A stretch of 64,000 bases of DNA, taken from Alloprevotella sp. (GTDB taxonomy: Bacteria; Bacteroidota; Bacteroidia; Bacteroidales; UBA932). The stretch spans positions 23,311 through 87,310 of the forward strand of contig CAVIJA010000002.1 in NCBI GenBank assembly GCA_963643135.1, read 5' to 3'. Numbering within the stretch: the first letter of the stretch is position 1; each line of letters opens with the position of its first letter. Positions 58,052-64,000 of the stretch are shown piece after piece. The notes under the pieces are model-generated. The model was not told the origin of the DNA, searched no databases, and saw only the letters and a program-made list of their open reading frames with translations. The position numbers and the translations under genes were made by a program.

Positions 58052-60280
58052 TCAAGGCATAGGGCTGAGGCCCTCCCAGCGGACGTCCCAGTTGCCGTCC
58101 TTAGGGAATCCAGGATTCGGCTCGTCGCAGCCGTCCCATCCCGCGCACATCATCCCGACCGCCAGAAGCAGGCCGCCGTTGCCCGGAAGATACATCCTGA
58201 GCCGCTCGGTGCGGTAGTTGTTGCCGCTCGGCAGCAGCAGGTCGCTGCGGTTGTCCATCGTGGCGGCGCGCAGGGCGATGTCGGTCCGGTGCAGACGGGT
58301 GGCGTTCATCATCAGGGCCGGATAGTTCCAGCTCCAGCTGCCTCCCTTCCATCCCCAGTTCTCCGCGGCGCGCTCGACCGTCTTCTGCATATTCTCCTCG
58401 TTGAAGAGGCGGCAGGCAGGAAGCATACCGTAGGCGAGCAGATTCTCGGAAGAGGTCGCCCTGATATAGAACGGATCCCTTCCGTCAGACTGCGCACTCC
58501 TGCCGTCCGACTTCGGTCTGATGCCGTTGAAATATCCGCCGGCAGGTGCGGCAGGACCAGGGTCTTCTCCCGGAGTCATCGTGACGAAATCCGGAATTCC
58601 CGGACCCTTCCGTGCCGGAAGGTAGATGCCGTCGGGACTCGTGGAGAGCGGGGCGAGTTTGTCGAGAATCTCATCCCACTCCGCGATCCTCTCCTGTCCG
58701 AGCCTTTCGCGCCACTCCTGGGCCACCTTCAGACCGAAATGCCAGTATGACATCTCGAAGGCCGGATTGACGGTGCTGCGCTCATTGTAGGACTCATTGG
58801 CGGCGCAGGCGCCCTCGATGATATAGCTGTCGGTATCCTTCTCGTAGCTCACGAACGCCGCCATGAACTCGGCGGTCTGCTGCACCATATCATTGTATTT
58901 CTCAAGGACTTTCCTGTCCTTGTTCGCACGATATATGAGTTCCGCCATATAGATTGGATGCGGCTGCTGCCAGATGATGAACGAACCCACGTCAGACGGG
59001 GCTTCAAGCCCTGAAGGGTCGGTCATCTTCATCCACCTGATGCCCGGGAATCCCTGCCTGGCGGCGATTTCACGCGCCAGAGGCATCACCCCGAGATACC
59101 AGTCGAGCTGCTTTTCGAGGAGCTCCGGCTTGTTCCAGGTGGCGTAGTGGAAGCTGTGCCACATCACCATTTCGAGGTGGAATTTGCCGAACCAGCTGTT
59201 GTAGGTCATTCCGGTCTCGGCTGGAGGGAAATTCTGCGCCTCCTGCACCCTGATGAGGTATTGGGACAGAATCACCCTTCTCTCGAGGAGTGGGGCCCTT
59301 TCGTCCAGACAGTGCGAGAAGTCGATAACTCCGGTGGTCTTCCAGTAGCCGTTCCAGAGCTTGCGGGCCGCCTTCTGTGCGGAAGCGAAGCTCATCGTCC
59401 CATCTGACGGAAGCTCCTGCGAGAACTCGGCGCAGAAGCTCCAGTCCCCGCCCTCAGGGCTGAGGGAGAAGCTGTTGGCCCCTGTCCTCTCCAGAGCCGC
59501 CTTCCCGTCCCAGGAGAGGCTGACATAGTAGACGCTCGCATCCACCGTCCTCTTGAGAACGGCTGCGGACGCGCCCTGGGAGACGATTTCCGTGCTGTGA
59601 CGCTCATCGGCGTTCCAATCGGAGGCATCGTCGCTGTGGACTCCGGTAGGATACGGGAAGCGTATCGCTATCGGAAGAGGCTTCTGCGACGAGACGCTCG
59701 CAGCGAAGACGTCGTGACCCTCGTCAGCGCTTACCGTGCGGACAGACACCGGAGTGCCGTTCCAGCTGAAGTCGGAGCGGAGTTCCCCGTTCCACATATC
59801 GAGGGTCTGGGACACGCCGCCGATCTCCTCCGGCTTCATGGAGGCGAAGCCTATATTGCCGAGATGCATCCTGTGCGGATTGGAGCGGACCCATTCCGCC
59901 GCATCCCTGCCGCGCTGGGAGAGACTGCCGGTCTGCACCGCATAGACTCCGTGAGGATGTCCCGGGAGAGGGTGGTCTTCAAGCGATTCGGCCTGGCTGT
60001 AGCCGTTGACATCCGGGAATGAATGCCAGCCCCATTCGCTGTAGGTGCCGAGCGACAGACCGTCCTTGTAATACTCCGGAAAGGTCTGGAGTCCCGTGGC
60101 GTCAAGCGTGATGGTGAACTCTCCGTTGCCCAGATTAAGGGAGTGCAGAGGGTTGACCTCAGTGACGTGGGGATTGTTGCGGGTGACAAGCGCCTGCCTG
60201 TCGATTTTCTCCGAGCAGCCGCACAGAAGCAGTGCGGCTGTCAGAGATACGATAACTGTGATATTCTTATTGCTGTACAT
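58052..60280 (-). CDS. PUL-encoded lipoprotein, putative (alpha/alpha)6-type glycoside hydrolase of uncertain family
   Basis: Lipobox LLLCGCS. The N-terminal LNLGNGEFTITLDATGLQTF resembles the beta-sandwich opening of GH65/GH95/GH15-like enzymes. The gene lies directly downstream of SusD/SusC on the same strand. Confidence 0.55.
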   Translation of the reverse strand: MYSNKNITVIVSLTAALLLCGCSEKIDRQALVTRNNPHVTEVNPLHSLNLGNGEFTITLDATGLQTFPEYYKDGLSLGTYSEWGWHSFPDVNGYSQAESLEDHPLPGHPHGVYAVQTGSLSQRGRDAAEWVRSNPHRMHLGNIGFASMKPEEIGGVSQTLDMWNGELRSDFSWNGTPVSVRTVSADEGHDVFAASVSSQKPLPIAIRFPYPTGVHSDDASDWNADERHSTEIVSQGASAAVLKRTVDASVYYVSLSWDGKAALERTGANSFSLSPEGGDWSFCAEFSQELPSDGTMSFASAQKAARKLWNGYWKTTGVIDFSHCLDERAPLLERRVILSQYLIRVQEAQNFPPAETGMTYNSWFGKFHLEMVMWHSFHYATWNKPELLEKQLDWYLGVMPLAREIAARQGFPGIRWMKMTDPSGLEAPSDVGSFIIWQQPHPIYMAELIYRANKDRKVLEKYNDMVQQTAEFMAAFVSYEKDTDSYIIEGACAANESYNERSTVNPAFEMSYWHFGLKVAQEWRERLGQERIAEWDEILDKLAPLSTSPDGIYLPARKGPGIPDFVTMTPGEDPGPAAPAGGYFNGIRPKSDGRSAQSDGRDPFYIRATSSENLLAYGMLPACRLFNEENMQKTVERAAENWGWKGGSWSWNYPALMMNATRLHRTDIALRAATMDNRSDLLLPSGNNYRTERLRMYLPGNGGLLLAVGMMCAGWDGCDEPNPGFPKDGNWDVRWEGLSPMP

Positions 60281-60284
60281 AATC

Positions 60285-62153
60285 CTAATATCCAGGGGTC
60301 TGCTGCCCGTTGAGACCGATGTTCACATCGATATCGGTGCTGGAAAGAGGCAGAATCTCGGAATGGCATTTCTCAAGGCCTCCGAAGAGATTGACGTAAC
60401 GGACGTTGGTCTCATATCCGGCCTTGCCCTTATAGATCCTGTTGCCGTCTGAGCCGGTCTCGAACACGCCGTAGGACATGATCTCGTTGCCGTCGGCGTG
60501 CGTACAAGGGGACACTGAATCCTGCATATCCACCACCACATAGCCATCGGCCTTGTAGGCGTCAATCTCCTCCTTGCTGAGCTGCAGGGTCTTGAGAGCA
60601 GTGTACGGGATATTGTTGCCCTCAATCTGCCATACTCCATCCACAGGCTTGAACACGCGGTATCTGTCCACGTCGGCATATCTGCCCTCGCGGCCCGCGA
60701 GCTTCATCATCTCGGCCTTGTTGTCGGTGAGAGTCTCGTAGAGGATACCCCAGCGGCAGAGTTCCGTACGGCGCCAGGATTCTCCGGCAAATTCGAGCTT
60801 GTTCTCCTCAATGACGGCATCCAGGAACTCGTCGTGAGTGGCCGGGATGCTGCCTATCTTGCTCTCGTCTCCGCCGAAAGCGCGCAGGCGCACTTCCTTC
60901 AGAGCGTCGATCGCCTCGGTGGTAGGGGCTCCGTTATATTCGTTGGCGGCCTCAGCATACATCAGCAGTATGTGGCTGTAGCGCATCCATATCCAGTTGA
61001 TGTCGCGGGAGCTGGTACCGGTGCCGATGGTGCTTTTCCAGGTAGGACGGAATTTGCCGATATAGAACGAACCGTAAGGCATCTCATAGAGCTGGCTGTT
61101 GAAATCCACCGCATACTGGCAGATGGTCACGTCGCGGCGGGTGTCCTCCTCGTCATAGTCGAAGTAGAGGATAGGGTTGATTCGCATCTGCGGATAAGCC
61201 TTTCCGAACATCGAGCTGGCGTGGCAGGAAGAGCCGTTGGTGTAGCCGTGGTTGCTCCTGACGTTGGCTCCGTATTTGCCCTGCTCGAACATAGTCTCCG
61301 AGCTGTATTCCCCGTTGACGAGCTTGCGGAACACCTGGTCGAAGTCCGTCTCCAGAGAATAGGACTTGCGCTCGATTACGGCCGCGCAGGCATCCATCGC
61401 TATCTTGTTGAGTTCCTTGACGCGGGCGGCATCGTCCCTCTTCGCGATTTTCAGAGAAGAGGTGGAATACGACTCCATATCCCAGCGCAGAGAATATCCC
61501 GCCGCATAGAGGGCCACCCTCGCGAGCAGGCCGTAGGCGGATTCCTTGCAGTAGCGCTCAGGGGTGAAGTTGCTTATCTCGCTCTTCCACGGGATGAGCT
61601 TGACCGCTTCCTGGAGATCGGCGATGATGCCGTCATATATTACGTCCCTGCTCTCCCTTGAGGAGTAGAAACTGCCGAGTTTGGCAACCGGTACGACGGT
61701 ATATGGAACGTCTCCCCAGTAGCGGAGAAGGTTGAGGTAGGCGGCGGCACGGATCGCGTAGCTCTCGCCGAGCAGGCGCTCGGTGGTTTCCGTCCGGCTG
61801 GCCATGGCGCCAATGCCTTCTATGCAGACGTTCGCATATTCTATACCCTTATAGAAAGTGGAGAAGCAGCCACCGGTCCTCGATGAGGAGAGCACGTAGT
61901 TGCCGAGCTGATATTTGGAGTTGGTGACGCCTTCGGTGGAGTACACCTCGTCCGTTCCCATTCCGAGCTGATACCAGATTTCGTCGCTCCAGCCGGCGTT
62001 GTATGCGCCCAGCACCGCCATCTCCGCTCTCGCTTCCGTCTGGAACACGGTGTCGCTGTCGAACTGGGTCTCGGACGGAATGTCAAGGAAATTGTTGCAG
62101 GACACGCAGACGAGTCCTACTGCAAGCAATGATGATATATATGTCTTTTTCAT
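60285..62153 (-). CDS. RagB/SusD-family nutrient-binding outer-membrane lipoprotein
   Basis: Lipobox VCVSCNNFLD and TPR-like helical N-terminal half with typical SusD motifs (...AYNAGWS..., RAAAYLNLLRYWGDVPY). It sits 12 nt downstream of the SusC-like gene. Confidence 0.87.
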   Translation of the reverse strand: MKKTYISSLLAVGLVCVSCNNFLDIPSETQFDSDTVFQTEARAEMAVLGAYNAGWSDEIWYQLGMGTDEVYSTEGVTNSKYQLGNYVLSSSRTGGCFSTFYKGIEYANVCIEGIGAMASRTETTERLLGESYAIRAAAYLNLLRYWGDVPYTVVPVAKLGSFYSSRESRDVIYDGIIADLQEAVKLIPWKSEISNFTPERYCKESAYGLLARVALYAAGYSLRWDMESYSTSSLKIAKRDDAARVKELNKIAMDACAAVIERKSYSLETDFDQVFRKLVNGEYSSETMFEQGKYGANVRSNHGYTNGSSCHASSMFGKAYPQMRINPILYFDYDEEDTRRDVTICQYAVDFNSQLYEMPYGSFYIGKFRPTWKSTIGTGTSSRDINWIWMRYSHILLMYAEAANEYNGAPTTEAIDALKEVRLRAFGGDESKIGSIPATHDEFLDAVIEENKLEFAGESWRRTELCRWGILYETLTDNKAEMMKLAGREGRYADVDRYRVFKPVDGVWQIEGNNIPYTALKTLQLSKEEIDAYKADGYVVVDMQDSVSPCTHADGNEIMSYGVFETGSDGNRIYKGKAGYETNVRYVNLFGGLEKCHSEILPLSSTDIDVNIGLNGQQTPGY

Positions 62154-62165
62154 TTCAGACCGATT

Positions 62166-64000
62166 TTAGAAATTCATATTGATTCCGAGAACGCAGCCCT
62201 TGGTCTTCGGGAATGAGGAGCTGTCTATGCCCTGGCTGATGGAGCTGCCGCTCGTGGACACCTCAGGGTCATATCCGCTGTACTTGGTGAAAGTGTGGAT
62301 ATTGTTGAGGGTCACGTAGACGCGCAGGTTCTCTATCTTCGCCTTGCGGGTCAGCGCCTTAGGAAGAGTGTATCCGAGAGTGATGGTGTTGAGCCTCAGA
62401 TAGGAGCCGTCCTCGGAGAAGAGGTCCATAGGGCAGGATACGGAGTAGTTGTTGTATGAACTCAGACTCCAGAGCATATCCTTGTCGTACTGGTTAGGAT
62501 TGAGTTCCGCGAGACGCGCCAGGTCGGTGGTCTCCTTGCCGGTGTCGGGATCGATGAGCGTGAAGCGTCCGGACATCTCGGAGAATGAGTTCATATTGCC
62601 GAGATACGGGCCGTAGTAGCGCACCTTGTTGAGGTTCCAAACCTTGTTGCCGACGCTGAAGCTCATAAATGCGGACAGGTCGAAGCCCTTGTAGCTGATA
62701 GAGTTGGAGAGACCGCCGCTGAACAGAGGATTGGAATTGCCGATGACGGCGCGGTCGTCCTCAGTGGAGAGCTTGTATGTCGGGTTGCCATCGCTGTCGG
62801 TAGCATCGGTCTGAGGGACGAACTTCATATCGCCCGGCTTGACGTCGCTGCGCTTGCGGTTGGAGTCATACGGAACCCCCGGCTTGAGGGTATAGCTGCC
62901 GTCGGAGTTCTGGATGAAGTCGTCGGTGGTATATACGCCGTCATAGACGTAGCCGAAGAACTGTCCGATAGGCTGGCCCACCTTGACAAGGAAGTTGGCG
63001 CTCCAGTTCTCGTAGGAGTCGTTGAGAGCGGAATACATATAGTCCTTGCCGCCACGGCCGTAGAGCGAGAGCACCTTGGAGCGGTTGAAGGACATATTGA
63101 AGTCAGTGGTCCAGCGGAAGCCGCTCCTGTCGATATTGACGGAGTTGAGGACAATCTCGACGCCCCTGTTGCGGATGGCTCCGAGGTTCTGATACTGCTT
63201 GGTATATCCGGTGGTGTTAGGGATGTCGTTGAGGATGATGAGGTCATCCGACTGGTTGTTGTACCAGTCCACGCTGAGGTTGACCCTGTCTCCGACGAAG
63301 CCGAAGTCAAGTCCCGCGTTGAACGAGGTGGTGGTCTCCCACTTCAGGTCCGGATTGCCGAGAATGCTGGAAGGCACGAGAGTGGAGACGTCGGTGTTGT
63401 TGATGGCATAGTGGCCTGCACCGTAGGAGGTGGTGTAGATGTAGTCGTCCACGTTGCAGTTGCCGGAAGTACCGTAACCGATGCGGAGCTTGAGACGGTT
63501 GACCACATCGCTGAAAGCGCTGCCCTTGTAGAAGTCCTCCTGGGAGATTCTCCAGGCCGCGGAAGCTGAAGGGAAGAAGCCCCACTTGTGGCCGTCGGCG
63601 AATTTGGAGGTGCCGTCGGCGCGGGCTGAAACGCTGAACAGATAGCGGTCGTCGTAGCTGTACATCACGCGTCCGAAGAAGGACACGATGGCATTCTCGT
63701 TGAGACCGGAGCTGCGGGAATATGACTGGCCCATACCGATATTGTCAAGGCCGAAGTTGTTTTCAGGGAAGCCGTAGTAGACGTTGTAGTCGTACTGGGA
63801 GTGATTGAAAATGGTCTCCTGTCCGGCAAGTGCGCTGAAGCTGTGGCGGTCGATGGAACGGCTGTAGTTGAGCGTGTTGGTGATCTGCCAGTTGTATTTC
63901 TCCGTATTCCTGCGGGAGCCGTAAGGATAGACGTCCGTCTGGGTGTCGGTCTTGTAGCTCTCCGCGGCACGGGTGGTACCGTTGTCCCATAAGTCCTGAC
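62166..64000 (-). CDS. SusC/RagA-family TonB-dependent receptor, C-terminal barrel portion (the 5' end lies outside the window)
   Basis: The reading frame stays open upstream of the track's first Met (63734) to the window edge; I translated 63735-63839 with no stop. The sequence is Gly/Tyr/Asn/Ser-rich like barrel strands and ends with the aromatic terminal ...GINMNF. Confidence 0.85.
   Translation of the reverse strand, partial: QDLWDNGTTRAAESYKTDTQTDVYPYGSRRNTEKYNWQITNTLNYSRSIDRHSFSALAGQETIFNHSQYDYNVYYGFPENNFGLDNIGMGQSYSRSSGLNENAIVSFFGRVMYSYDDRYLFSVSARADGTSKFADGHKWGFFPSASAAWRISQEDFYKGSAFSDVVNRLKLRIGYGTSGNCNVDDYIYTTSYGAGHYAINNTDVSTLVPSSILGNPDLKWETTTSFNAGLDFGFVGDRVNLSVDWYNNQSDDLIILNDIPNTTGYTKQYQNLGAIRNRGVEIVLNSVNIDRSGFRWTTDFNMSFNRSKVLSLYGRGGKDYMYSALNDSYENWSANFLVKVGQPIGQFFGYVYDGVYTTDDFIQNSDGSYTLKPGVPYDSNRKRSDVKPGDMKFVPQTDATDSDGNPTYKLSTEDDRAVIGNSNPLFSGGLSNSISYKGFDLSAFMSFSVGNKVWNLNKVRYYGPYLGNMNSFSEMSGRFTLIDPDTGKETTDLARLAELNPNQYDKDMLWSLSSYNNYSVSCPMDLFSEDGSYLRLNTITLGYTLPKALTRKAKIENLRVYVTLNNIHTFTKYSGYDPEVSTSGSSISQGIDSSSFPKTKGCVLGINMNF

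Noticed and set aside
1-64000. CRISPR arrays, transposases, integrases, prophage or defence-island genes
   Set aside because: There are no regularly spaced direct repeats and no recognisable IS, integrase, RT, nuclease-helicase or TA genes. Every sizeable ORF is accounted for by housekeeping, envelope or PUL functions.

Overview
GC-rich chromosomal segment of Bacteroidales type. The taxon call rests on a SusC/SusD pair, many lipoprotein signal peptides, no Shine-Dalgarno sequences, and repeated TAnnTTTG -7 promoter boxes. The window is almost fully coding, with about 48 genes and one tRNA, and is dominated by core housekeeping genes: prs, der, rlmH, efp, ispH, cmk, lptB, dnaX, metG, dnaG, recQ, serC, serA, rpoN, miaB, dnaK, tRNA-His, pbpC, uvrA, recO. 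Many neighbours are joined by 1-4 nt stop/start overlaps. I found no CRISPR array, transposase, integrase, phage gene, toxin-antitoxin pair or recognisable defence gene. I cannot point to a clear-cut novel system. The stretches most worth a second look are: (1) a UvrA homologue whose first zinc module has lost its ligands, translationally coupled to a uridine-kinase-family P-loop protein; (2) an orphan OadA/PycB/5S-type carboxyltransferase whose C-terminal biotinyl-like domain has Tyr where the biotinylated Lys should be; (3) a dispersed sigma-54 set (rpoN, an enhancer-binding protein with no DNA-binding domain and a GSFTSA loop, and a 1168-aa NtrY-like kinase chained to rlmH and a 925-aa exported protein); (4) a DUF1015 / polyacidic MM3350-like / YigZ / serC-serA neighbourhood; (5) a divergent alpha-2-macroglobulin/PBP1C pair with interleaved promoters; (6) tandem deoxynucleoside kinase paralogues; (7) REP-like nested palindromes and a structured region upstream of dnaK; (8) the edge of a PUL with an uncharacterised lipoprotein enzyme. 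The long antisense ORFs in the track are treated as GC-driven artefacts. All family assignments come from motif recognition by eye; no database search was run.
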